From: an uncultured Christensenella sp.
Lineage (GTDB): Bacteria; Bacillota; Clostridia; Christensenellales; Borkfalkiaceae
DNA: 64,000 nt
Assembly (NCBI GenBank): GCA_964401515.1
Contig: CAYNYV010000001.1
Location: forward strand, 8,667-72,666
Direction of reading: 5' to 3'
Below, one piece after another: positions 19,012 through 28,132 of this stretch. Every line of letters starts with the position of its first letter. Within the stretch, counting starts at the first letter, position 1. Position numbers and translations under genes: made by a program. The notes beneath the pieces are model-generated. The model was not told the DNA's origin. It did not search any database and saw only the letters and a list, made by a program, of their open reading frames with translations.

Positions 19012-19617
19012 ATGAAAAAAATAATATTACCGATTACGCTTGTTTGTATAGCGTTATGCGCATTTTGCTTTTTCGGGTGTCAAAATCGACAAGAAGACGG
19101 TTCGTCTGCCTCAAAAAGCGAAGTTTGGCTTAGCGATACCGAAATAACTTTGACAAAAGGCGATACTGCGACGGTTACCGCGCTTTCCGATAAAAAGATA
19201 GATACTTTAAGCCTTAAATGGAAAAATTCAAATTCTAAAGTCGCTAATTTTACTAAAAGCGGCGTAAATATCGTCGTTAAGGCTATAAAATCGGGAACGT
19301 CCGAAATAACCCTTTCGATGTCCGGAAAAGTCGTCGGAACGGTAAAAATTACCGTTGTAGATCCCATTTTATCCGTTAGGCTTCCGCAAGGCAAAATTGT
19401 TTTAACGCAAGGGCAAAGCGCAACTATTACCGCGGTAACGACGTTAAGCGTTAGCAGCGAGCCCCTTTGGACGGTCGAGTGCGATGATATCGCCCTCGAA
19501 ACGCAAGGTATGATTGCAAGAATTACCGTTTCGGATACGTGCCCCGACGGGGAATATAAAGCCTCTGTAAAAAAGGGCGACGAGGTATGCGTTTTTACTA
19601 TTATCGTAGGAAAATAG
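19012..19617 (+). CDS. Small lipoprotein with two bacterial Ig-like (Big_2-like) repeats
   Basis: Lipobox FFGC. Two similar ~80-aa segments (ITLTKGDTATVTALS... and IVLTQGQSATITAVT...). Confidence 0.65.
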   Translation: MKKIILPITLVCIALCAFCFFGCQNRQEDGSSASKSEVWLSDTEITLTKGDTATVTALSDKKIDTLSLKWKNSNSKVANFTKSGVNIVVKAIKSGTSEITLSMSGKVVGTVKITVVDPILSVRLPQGKIVLTQGQSATITAVTTLSVSSEPLWTVECDDIALETQGMIARITVSDTCPDGEYKASVKKGDEVCVFTIIVGK

Positions 19618-19629
19618 GAGGGGAAAACA

Positions 19630-21387
19630 ATGAAAAAATTTATCGTAGCGATATTGCTGTCTTGTATTATCGTTTGTACGCCGATGACTATTTCGACTGC
19701 GAACGCAAAAAACGAGTATTCGCAGTATGTGTCGGCAAGGACGCTTTCAAGTGGCTTAAATTTGCAACCTACGGGAATATTCGAGCCGACTGATTTTTCC
19801 GATATTCCTTCATCCGTCGCTGCGAAATCGTCGGGTATTACAAATGTTATTTTAACGCCGGATAAGGAAATGAACGTTACGCTAAACGGCGATATGCAGA
19901 GTTTTACCGAAATATTCGACGCTAAAATAAAAGGTGTGTTCATACCCGTACTACGACTTACGAGCACCACAGTCGACGGATTTATTCGAATGATGAGCCA
20001 AAGTTATTATATAGCCGATATTATGGTTATTTCTTCCGATACTTCGGTTCTTAAAAAGATTTACGACGACGAGGCTTGTTCTCTTGTTAACACAGTATAC
20101 GATTTAACTAATGTCAGCCTAACGAGTGACAGATATTTTGCTTGGCAATATATCGCCGAGGCAAATAAGACGTACACGAATATTTTAATGTTTAGTGCCG
20201 ACGATCCCAATCTCTATGTTGCCGCCGAATATTTAGGCGCAATGTGCAAGGTTTGCTGGGCAAAATCCGAGAACGCGGATGAGGCGGTAAACGCAATAGC
20301 GTCGGGCGTTACGGGCGTTGTCGTAAGTCGAATTTCCGATTTTTCGGGAGCGATTAAGTACTTTTCCAAGAGCGGCTTTTCAAAAGCTCAATACGTAGCG
20401 GCGCACCGCGGTATTACCGCTTATGCCAACGAAAATTCGCTTACCGCGGTATCTGCGGCGGTTTCGGAAGGCTCGACTCACGCAGAAATCGATATTCAGT
20501 TTTGCGCCGACGGGGAATTTTTACTGTGTCATAATATGTCGACAAGCGGATTGTCGGACAGCACGATAAATTTCGAGCCCGTTAGCAGCGATTATATAAG
20601 AAGCGAGGCTACGCTTAACGATTATAGCGATAAATACGGCGAATCTTTCCCCACCTTGGATGAAGTCATAGAAGCCGTTTCTCAATCGGATTTAATACTC
20701 ATTATCGAACTTAAATTGGAAGACGGAAGAACTTCAGTCGTTAATAAAGGCGCGATTGAAAAGTTTGTTAACGTAATGAAAGGTCATCCCGAAATGAACG
20801 GGAGATGGTTTTGTATTACATTCTATAGACCGTATGCCGATAAAATGCGTGAACTCGCACCGGAAATTTCCGTCGGATTTTTGGGCGGCGCACAGTCGGG
20901 TTATGAAAGAGATTTGAACATTAAAGGTTGGGACGGCGAATGGACGCCGATCGATAACGTGAAATCAAAGATTGCGTTTATGCACAAGTTTGAAACTTTA
21001 CTTGACGAGTCTTATTCAAATTCAACCGACACAACTGCACAAAACTATTTAGCAAGGGGCTACTTGCAAAACGGTTGGACTTTTAATGATTTAAATCACT
21101 TTAAAACAAAAATCGCTATAGCGACTTCCAACGTGGCTGAAAAATGCGCGATGGCGATAAAGACAATAGAACCTCGATCCTGTGAAGTAACCGAAAGTCA
21201 ACTTGCAAGCGGGAAAATTTCCGTGAACACGATTAACTACTGCGGTTGGCAAGAAGAAAGGACATGCGATATCGTTACCGTGTCGAAAACGGACGATAGC
21301 GTAAAAGTACTTTTGTACTGCACTCAAACTGTCGAGGGCGTAACCTACGGTTTATATAGTCGTTTACTGACTTATAAAATAATTTAA
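19630..21387 (+). CDS. Secreted glycerophosphodiester phosphodiesterase (GDPD) family protein with an extra N-terminal domain
   Basis: Signal peptide ending TANA/K. GDPD motif AHRGITAYANENSLTAVSAAVSEGSTHAEIDIQFCADGEFLLCHN at about aa 260. The ~230-aa N-terminal region ends in a GDPD-like GVTGVVVS strand. Confidence 0.8.
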   Translation: MKKFIVAILLSCIIVCTPMTISTANAKNEYSQYVSARTLSSGLNLQPTGIFEPTDFSDIPSSVAAKSSGITNVILTPDKEMNVTLNGDMQSFTEIFDAKIKGVFIPVLRLTSTTVDGFIRMMSQSYYIADIMVISSDTSVLKKIYDDEACSLVNTVYDLTNVSLTSDRYFAWQYIAEANKTYTNILMFSADDPNLYVAAEYLGAMCKVCWAKSENADEAVNAIASGVTGVVVSRISDFSGAIKYFSKSGFSKAQYVAAHRGITAYANENSLTAVSAAVSEGSTHAEIDIQFCADGEFLLCHNMSTSGLSDSTINFEPVSSDYIRSEATLNDYSDKYGESFPTLDEVIEAVSQSDLILIIELKLEDGRTSVVNKGAIEKFVNVMKGHPEMNGRWFCITFYRPYADKMRELAPEISVGFLGGAQSGYERDLNIKGWDGEWTPIDNVKSKIAFMHKFETLLDESYSNSTDTTAQNYLARGYLQNGWTFNDLNHFKTKIAIATSNVAEKCAMAIKTIEPRSCEVTESQLASGKISVNTINYCGWQEERTCDIVTVSKTDDSVKVLLYCTQTVEGVTYGLYSRLLTYKII

Positions 21388-21409
21388 AACTAAAAGGACG
21401 GAAATAAAA

Positions 21410-23392
21410 ATGAAAAAAATACTTGCAACAATTTTATGCTGTTTGTTAGTTTTGCCTTGCTTCGGCTGCGCCGTATCGGGCGAAACTTCCGGCTCATCAG
21501 ACAAACCTTCTAAAGGAGACGATACTACAGTGGGTAACGAAATTATTACGAATAAAGACTCGTTGGAATATGCTTTTACGCTTGACGACGCTTTTAAAGA
21601 CGCAAAAAACGGCTTTACTTCTTCTACCGATCTTACGGGTGCCAGGTATCTCGTTAACGGCAAATACGTAGGCGAATTTTTAAAAACAAATTCGCGTTCC
21701 GATATGAAATTCGAACTTTATAACAAAAAGAACGTTCGTATAGTTAACTTATCGGGCGGCGTTGCCTATACGCTTCCTTCTACACAAATCGACGTCGATT
21801 ATACGATTGCCAAATATCGCACGCTAATAACATTTGACGACTCTATTTTGTCTTCGAGCGTCGAATCGAGTAACCCTTATACGTCTAATACGACACCTTG
21901 GGCGATCTACGGCGACGAGTGGTTATTACGTCACCTTATGAACGATAATTACTATAAAAACCAAAATCTTAAACTTTTGTACGGTACCGATTGCAATTTT
22001 TCGACAAGCGCAAAAGAACATAATTACGGCGATACCACTACGAAACCGGGTTTCGATATTTATCGTTTCGATGTTCAAATCCAAGACGCGGAAAAAGTAG
22101 AACGTCCTTATTATAACATTGCGGTCGTTCGTGAAATCGGTGACGAAAAGAAATTTAATCTTTTTGTTATGAAGTCTAAATCCAATAAAGCGGACGTTAT
22201 GAATGCTCTTGTCGAAAGTATGACTTTATTCAAATCGAAAGGTGTTCAAAAGAATTATTTCGATGCGGGCGAAGTTATCGAGGATAAACATTGGAATAAA
22301 GAAACGAGAGATTATTTCCGTCAAATTTCAACCTCAAAGACGCTTAATTGGGGTGTGTTCAGTTATTCGATTTCGGGCACGGGCTTAAAAGAAAACGAAG
22401 GCGACTATAATTCCAATTATAGAAACAGTAAGCAAATGAAGGAAGGTATCGAAACCGCAATGGAGCACGGCTTTGATATTTATCCTACTTATACACACAT
22501 CAGTTGGGGCGGTACAAAACATCGTTTCAACACCGATATGTCCTTAAAACTTGCCGGCGGCAACGGCGTTAACAACCAACCCGTATTGCAGTTTACCTAT
22601 CAATTTACAAACAACAACAATATCGTTGCCGACGAAGTAACGCCTATGTTCGATATTTTACGCGGTAAATACGACGATCATTTTAAGCAACTCGCACAAG
22701 ATATAAAGGCATACGGCAAGCCTATTTTATTCCGTCTTAACAACGAAATGAACACCGACTGGACGAGTTATTGCGGCATGATGACTTTACTCGACCCCGA
22801 CGTATTCTCGATGACCTGGCAAAGACTTTATAACATTTTTGCCGAAGAAAAGGTAAATAACGTTATTTGGATTTGGAACCCCATCGCGACGTCTTGTCCT
22901 TATTCTTCTTGGGGGGAAGATTTATGTTATTTCCCCGGTAAGGAATACGTTCAACTTTTAGGCGCAACCGATTACGAAATGAACAACTATGCTCAAGGTT
23001 CGGACGAAATATCTACTTTTGCCGATAGATATTTCCAACTTTACAACAAAAACTGTGAAAGCGGTTTTGCTAATTGGGGCGTTATTATATCGGAGTTCGC
23101 TTGCGGAAGCGGCGGCGACGTTAGCGGAAAACTCGGTAGAAACGCTGATACGCAGGCTAAATGGGTCGAAGGCATGTTCGACGAGTTCTGTAAAGATCCT
23201 CAACCTGCTTACGTTCAACAGTTAAAGGGTATGGTTTGGTTTAACTGCAACGACTACTTGGGCAATACCAAGCAAATTACCAACCGCTTGCGTATTTACG
23301 ATCCTAACGATAGCGCTTACGACGATTTGAGCGAAACGATAAAAGCCTTCAAAGACGGCTTTAAACGTCTTGACGAAAAGTACGGTAAGTGA
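21410..23392 (+). CDS. Lipoprotein with a C-terminal GH26-like (clan GH-A) glycoside hydrolase domain
   Basis: Lipobox CFGC. GKYDDHFKQLAQDIKAYGKPILFRLNNEMNTDW resembles the GH26 acid/base region (..RPxHEMNGxW). VIISEFACGSGG resembles the nucleophile strand. The ~300-aa N-terminal region is unassigned. Confidence 0.5.
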   Translation: MKKILATILCCLLVLPCFGCAVSGETSGSSDKPSKGDDTTVGNEIITNKDSLEYAFTLDDAFKDAKNGFTSSTDLTGARYLVNGKYVGEFLKTNSRSDMKFELYNKKNVRIVNLSGGVAYTLPSTQIDVDYTIAKYRTLITFDDSILSSSVESSNPYTSNTTPWAIYGDEWLLRHLMNDNYYKNQNLKLLYGTDCNFSTSAKEHNYGDTTTKPGFDIYRFDVQIQDAEKVERPYYNIAVVREIGDEKKFNLFVMKSKSNKADVMNALVESMTLFKSKGVQKNYFDAGEVIEDKHWNKETRDYFRQISTSKTLNWGVFSYSISGTGLKENEGDYNSNYRNSKQMKEGIETAMEHGFDIYPTYTHISWGGTKHRFNTDMSLKLAGGNGVNNQPVLQFTYQFTNNNNIVADEVTPMFDILRGKYDDHFKQLAQDIKAYGKPILFRLNNEMNTDWTSYCGMMTLLDPDVFSMTWQRLYNIFAEEKVNNVIWIWNPIATSCPYSSWGEDLCYFPGKEYVQLLGATDYEMNNYAQGSDEISTFADRYFQLYNKNCESGFANWGVIISEFACGSGGDVSGKLGRNADTQAKWVEGMFDEFCKDPQPAYVQQLKGMVWFNCNDYLGNTKQITNRLRIYDPNDSAYDDLSETIKAFKDGFKRLDEKYGK

Positions 23393-23485
23393 TATAATTT
23401 CATTTATAACTTATTTAATTTATTAAAATTTTTTCCGAAGGCCTGTTTTTAACAGCCGAAATACTTATTGAAGGAAGTATCAATT

Positions 23486-24196
23486 GTGAATAATAATGCG
23501 TATAAAAATATTTCAAAAGGACTTATCGTTTCGTGTCAGGCGCTACCTGACGAACCTTTGTACGGTCGCGATACGATGCCTAAAATGGCGATGGCTGCAT
23601 ATCTCGGCGGCGCAGTGGGTATCCGTGCGAATACAGTAAGGGATATAAACGCGATATACCGTAAACTTGACGGAAAGTTACCGATAATCGGGCTTGTTAA
23701 AAAAGTTTACAAAGATTCGCCCGTATATATTACCCCGACTTTAAATGAAGTTAAGTCCCTTATAAAATCAAAATGTGACGTTATCGCACTTGACGCGACC
23801 TTGCGTGACCGCCCTAAAAAACAAAAACTTGCCGACTTAGTTAAGTATATACGCGACAATTCCGACAAGGCGATTATGGCTGATATTGCAACGCTTGACG
23901 AGGCGTTAAACGCAGAAAAACTCGGTTTTGACTATATTTCGACCACTTTAAGAAGTTATACCGAGGAAACCGAAGGTATTAGCATTCCCGACTTAGATTT
24001 TTGTAAATTACTTTTCGATACGATTAAAAAATCGACGGTTGTCGCGGAAGGCGGTATACATACCTTTACCGAAGTCGATGAGATTTTAAACATCGGTATC
24101 GACAGAATCATTATCGGCGGTGCAATTACGAGACCTATGGAAATCACGAAAAACTACGTGAAAGTCTTTAATGCAAACGACGTGTTTAAAAGTTAA
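23486..24196 (+). CDS. nanE: N-acetylmannosamine-6-phosphate 2-epimerase
   Basis: GLIVSCQALPDEPLYG...MAMAAYLGGAVGIRAN is a typical NanE N-terminus. I prefer the GTG at 23486 (GAAGGAAG RBS 7 nt upstream) over the TTG at 23468. Confidence 0.9.
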   Translation: MNNNAYKNISKGLIVSCQALPDEPLYGRDTMPKMAMAAYLGGAVGIRANTVRDINAIYRKLDGKLPIIGLVKKVYKDSPVYITPTLNEVKSLIKSKCDVIALDATLRDRPKKQKLADLVKYIRDNSDKAIMADIATLDEALNAEKLGFDYISTTLRSYTEETEGISIPDLDFCKLLFDTIKKSTVVAEGGIHTFTEVDEILNIGIDRIIIGGAITRPMEITKNYVKVFNANDVFKS

Positions 24197-24200
24197 AAGC

Positions 24201-24232
24201 ATAATCCCGCGGCCGAAAGGTAGCGGGATTAT
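24201..24232. terminator. Bidirectional terminator between convergent nanE and the SDR gene
   Basis: 10-bp stem ATAATCCCGC / GCGGGATTAT. Confidence 0.7.
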
Positions 24233-24240
24233 TTACTTAA

Positions 24241-25038
24241 CTATTGTATTTTATCGAAAAGTTCAAGATGACTTTTTTTTAAGATTTTAGCGATAATCTT
24301 TCCTGCCGAACGAGGGAATAACTTATACATAATATGCATTAATTTAGCGTCTGTACCGATGATTTTTCGGCGACGCTTTTTATTTACCGCGTTTAGTATT
24401 TTTTTTGCGCATTTGTCGGCTGGCATCGAAATTTTATCTACAAGTTTCTTTTCTTTCGCGGACGAGAGTAAAGAACTCATTATGTTTGTACGACAAAATC
24501 CCGGCATAATAAGCGAGACGTAAAAGTCGGCTTCCGTTTGCAAGACTTCGGTAAAACTTTTCACCGCGCTTTTAGTCGCGCAATAACCGCTTTGTCCTAT
24601 GACCGGGCATAGACTCGATGAACTTGAAATATTGACAAGCCCTTTATCGTCGGAAAGCAAGGGGACTACCGTTTTTAAAGAGTACAATAGAGACGTGAAA
24701 TTAGTTTTAAAAATCCTTTCGTAATCGTCTAAGGAACAGTCTTTCGCTTTGGTAAACGGTAACATTATACCTGCGTTATTTATTAAAATTTGCGGTTTTA
24801 GGTCGCTTTCTTTAATAAGATCGGCAAGTTTTTGCCATTCGTCGATTTTGGATATGTCGCACGAAAATACACGGTAATTTTCGCCGAGCGTAGTTTTGGC
24901 ATTATTTAATTTTTCTAAGTTTCTTGCAACGGCGATAACTTTGCAGTCGTATTTTTGTATAAGTTGTTTGGAAAGTTCGTATCCGATCCCTTGCGATGCA
25001 CCGGTTACGATAACTGTTTTGCGATAAAGGTAAGCCAT
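24241..25038 (-). CDS. Short-chain dehydrogenase/reductase (SDR) family oxidoreductase
   Basis: Cofactor motif VTGASQGIG and catalytic YCATKSAV (YxxxK). Confidence 0.85.
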   Translation of the reverse strand: MAYLYRKTVIVTGASQGIGYELSKQLIQKYDCKVIAVARNLEKLNNAKTTLGENYRVFSCDISKIDEWQKLADLIKESDLKPQILINNAGIMLPFTKAKDCSLDDYERIFKTNFTSLLYSLKTVVPLLSDDKGLVNISSSSSLCPVIGQSGYCATKSAVKSFTEVLQTEADFYVSLIMPGFCRTNIMSSLLSSAKEKKLVDKISMPADKCAKKILNAVNKKRRRKIIGTDAKLMHIMYKLFPRSAGKIIAKILKKSHLELFDKIQ

Positions 25039-25106
25039 AAAATATTAAAACCCGATTAAAAAGGCGATAAAATTTAAATATATATAATTATCTTATCATA
25101 TCTTAC

Positions 25107-25135
25107 TTGATTTAACAAATATTTTGTGATATAAT
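25107..25135 (+). promoter_or_regulatory. lon promoter
   Basis: TTGATT, 17-nt spacer, extended -10 TGaTATAAT. Confidence 0.6.
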
Positions 25136-25140
25136 TTCGT

Positions 25141-25164
25141 AAAATGAGTTAATATACTCATTTT
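25141..25164. promoter_or_regulatory. Perfect 9-bp inverted repeat at the predicted lon transcription start (candidate operator)
   Basis: AAAATGAGT-TAATAT-ACTCATTTT, starting 6 nt after the -10 box. Confidence 0.4.
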
Positions 25165-25180
25165 TAACTGTGAGGTCAAT

Positions 25181-27505
25181 ATGCAAGAACCCGTATTAAA
25201 CAATTATCCTATTTTAATAATTCGCGGGAAGATTATGTTCCCGAATATCTATACGAGTTTCGACGTTTCCCGTCCGAAATCGGTCGAAGCGGTAGTAAAA
25301 GCAATGTCTACGACAAGCAAAATTTTCGTAGTTACTCAAAAAAACGCATTTGACGACGATCCCAAGCCGCAAGACTTGCAACGCGTCGGCGTCGTTTGCC
25401 GTATCAAAAAAGTTTTAAAAATAAACGATACCAATTTACGCGTGCATCTTCAAGGCGAAGAAAGGGCAATCGTGCAGTATATCGAGCAAGAAGACTCCTA
25501 TTACAAAGCGACCGTTGTCGCCGTCCCCGACTTGAAAGAATTTAACGACGAAATCAAAGCGTATTTATCTATAGCAAAATCTAAATTATCCGAATATACC
25601 GCTACGCGCGGAAGATTTGCTCCCGAACTTAAAGACGCGTTATCGGGAATCGAAGATCCCGAAGAATTCGTAAACGTCGCGGCGTTTAATTTGCCTATAA
25701 GCGAAAGCGAAAAACAGTATGTTTTAGAAGAAAGAATCGTAGCGCGCCGTTTGGAAAGTTTGCTTGTAGCGTTAAACGGTTTAATCGAAAGACAAGAAAT
25801 CGAAAAAACTATTCAAGAAAGAGTTCAAAAAAGTGTAGAAAAAAATCAAAAAGAGTATTATCTTAGGGAGCAATTAAAAGCCATACACACCGAACTTGGC
25901 GACGACGAAAGCGAAATCGAAAATCTTCGCGAACAAATTAACGCCAAACAGATGCCCGAAGACGATAAAAAGAAGGTTTTAAAAGAACTTGACAGAATGT
26001 CGAGAATGTCTTCGTCTTCGCCCGATTACACGGTTTTAAGGACTTATATCGATTGGATTATAGACTTACCTTACGGCGTAAAATCCGCCGATAGGGAAGA
26101 TTTATCTGAGGCTATAAAAATACTCGACGGCGATCATTTCGGGCTTGAAAAAGTCAAAGAAAGAATAATAGAATACATCGCCGTATTAAAACTTACAAAA
26201 AAAGTCGGTAGTTCGATTATTTGCCTTGTAGGTCCTCCGGGGGTAGGTAAAACTTCGGTTGCCACTTCAATAGCGCGCGCCCTTGACAGAAAGTTCGTCA
26301 GAATGAGTCTCGGAGGCGTAAAAGACGAAGCGGAAATCAGGGGACACCGCAAAACTTATATCGGCGCAATGCCCGGTAGAATTATTTACGGTATCAAAAA
26401 CGCGGGTGTTTCCAATCCCGTTTTCCTGCTTGACGAAATCGATAAACTTTCTTCCGATTTGCGCGGCGATCCCGCAAGCGCATTGTTGGAAGTTTTAGAT
26501 CCCGAACAAAACAAGACTTTCCGCGACAGATATATAGAGATCGCGTATGATTTATCCGACGTATTGTTTATTACGACGGCTAACTCGCTCGAAACCATTC
26601 CCGCACCTCTATTAGACAGAATGGAAGTAATTTCTCTCGACGGTTACACGCGTGAAGAAAAAACGGAAATCGCAAAGCGTTATCTTATTCCCAAACGCCT
26701 TGAAAGAAACGGACTTACGAGCAAAAACGTTACTATAACCGACGAAGCGATCGACGAAATTATTAAAGGGTATACTCTTGAAGCGGGTGTTAGAAATCTC
26801 GAAAGACAAATCGACGCCGTTCTTAGAAAAATCGCTACTAAACTTGCCGAAAAAGGCTCTATAAAAAAGCAAACGGTTAAGCCTGAAAGCTTAGTCGATT
26901 ACTTAGGTTCGCCAAGGTTTATTGACGGCGAAAACCTTCAAGAAGACGAAGTCGGCGCCGCAACGGGGCTTGCTTGGACTATGTACGGCGGAACTACTTT
27001 GACTATCGAAGTAAGCGTAATGCCGGGAAAAGGCGATATTCTTCTTACGGGGAAACTCGGCGACGTCATGAAGGAAAGTGCGCGTGCGGCAATTAGTTAT
27101 ATTAGGTCGCGTGCAAGCGTTTACGGAATAGACGAAAAAGTTTTCGGCGAAACGGATATCCATATCCACGTACCCGAAGGCGCTACGCCGAAAGACGGAC
27201 CGAGTGCGGGCGTTACGATGGCTACGGCGATTTTGTCGGCGTTAACCGATAAAAAAGTGCGCAAGGACATTGCAATGACTGGTGAGATTACCTTGCGCGG
27301 CAAAGTTTTACCTATAGGCGGACTTAAGGAAAAAGCCCTCGCGGCATTCCGCAGCGGTATATACGAAATCATAATTCCTAAGAAAAATCTTAAAGACGTA
27401 GAAGATATTCCTAAAAATATTGCTCAAAAAATGAAGATTATCCCCGTTGAAAACGTTTCGGAAATTTTCGATATTGCAATAAGAGATATCACTCAAAAGG
27501 TGTAA
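25181..27505 (+). CDS. lon: ATP-dependent Lon protease (endopeptidase La)
   Basis: LON N-domain, Walker A GPPGVGKTS, catalytic serine context PKDGPSAGVTM. Confidence 0.95.
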   Translation: MQEPVLNNYPILIIRGKIMFPNIYTSFDVSRPKSVEAVVKAMSTTSKIFVVTQKNAFDDDPKPQDLQRVGVVCRIKKVLKINDTNLRVHLQGEERAIVQYIEQEDSYYKATVVAVPDLKEFNDEIKAYLSIAKSKLSEYTATRGRFAPELKDALSGIEDPEEFVNVAAFNLPISESEKQYVLEERIVARRLESLLVALNGLIERQEIEKTIQERVQKSVEKNQKEYYLREQLKAIHTELGDDESEIENLREQINAKQMPEDDKKKVLKELDRMSRMSSSSPDYTVLRTYIDWIIDLPYGVKSADREDLSEAIKILDGDHFGLEKVKERIIEYIAVLKLTKKVGSSIICLVGPPGVGKTSVATSIARALDRKFVRMSLGGVKDEAEIRGHRKTYIGAMPGRIIYGIKNAGVSNPVFLLDEIDKLSSDLRGDPASALLEVLDPEQNKTFRDRYIEIAYDLSDVLFITTANSLETIPAPLLDRMEVISLDGYTREEKTEIAKRYLIPKRLERNGLTSKNVTITDEAIDEIIKGYTLEAGVRNLERQIDAVLRKIATKLAEKGSIKKQTVKPESLVDYLGSPRFIDGENLQEDEVGAATGLAWTMYGGTTLTIEVSVMPGKGDILLTGKLGDVMKESARAAISYIRSRASVYGIDEKVFGETDIHIHVPEGATPKDGPSAGVTMATAILSALTDKKVRKDIAMTGEITLRGKVLPIGGLKEKALAAFRSGIYEIIIPKKNLKDVEDIPKNIAQKMKIIPVENVSEIFDIAIRDITQKV

Positions 27506-27506
27506 T

Positions 27507-28100
27507 ATGAAAATCGCAAATGCTACGTTTATAACGTCTGCGGCAGACAAAAAAGGTTTTTTAAAGACCGATAAACCCATAATTTGCGTCGCGGGTAAAT
27601 CTAACGTCGGTAAAAGTTCCTTTATAAATATGTTGGCAAATCAAAATAAACTTGCAAGGACGTCCAACACCCCCGGAAGAACAAGGCTTGTAAACTATTT
27701 CGATTTCGGCGAGTTTATTCTTGCGGATTTACCGGGGTACGGTTACGCAAAGGTCAGCAAGGACGAAAAGGATAAGTGGTCGAAAACACTTAGCGACTTT
27801 TTCAATTGCACAAAAATCGCTCACGCCATATCTCTTGTCGATATACGTCACGATCCTACCGAAGAAGATAAAATGATGATAAAACTTTTGTATTCGGAGA
27901 TTATTCCGTTTACTTTAGTCGCAACGAAAGCCGATAAAATAGCAAAGACCAAAATAAAAAATCAAGCGGGTTCGGTTGCCGTAAAACTCGGTCTTGCTCC
28001 GAATAACATAATAGCGACTTCGGCGGTGTCAAGGTACGGTAAAGAAGATGTTTTAGCGGCGATTGAACGTGCGCTTGAAATTTATAAACAAGAAAATTAA
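27507..28100 (+). CDS. engB: Ribosome-biogenesis GTPase YihA/YsxC (EngB)
   Basis: G1 motif GKSNVGKSSFIN and DLPGYGYA. The lon-engB order is conserved in Firmicutes. Confidence 0.9.
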   Translation: MKIANATFITSAADKKGFLKTDKPIICVAGKSNVGKSSFINMLANQNKLARTSNTPGRTRLVNYFDFGEFILADLPGYGYAKVSKDEKDKWSKTLSDFFNCTKIAHAISLVDIRHDPTEEDKMMIKLLYSEIIPFTLVATKADKIAKTKIKNQAGSVAVKLGLAPNNIIATSAVSRYGKEDVLAAIERALEIYKQEN

Positions 28101-28132
28101 TTATAATGCGAAATTTAAACGGTGTAAAATTT

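Noticed and set aside
19080-19970. 296-aa ORF on the - strand spanning the Big_2 lipoprotein gene and the start of the GDPD gene
   Set aside because: It is fully antisense to two well-supported + strand genes that have lipobox or signal-peptide N-termini and RBSs. Its translation is low-complexity and rich in S/V/T/I/F, it has no RBS, and it crosses an intergenic gap. This is a typical shadow ORF.
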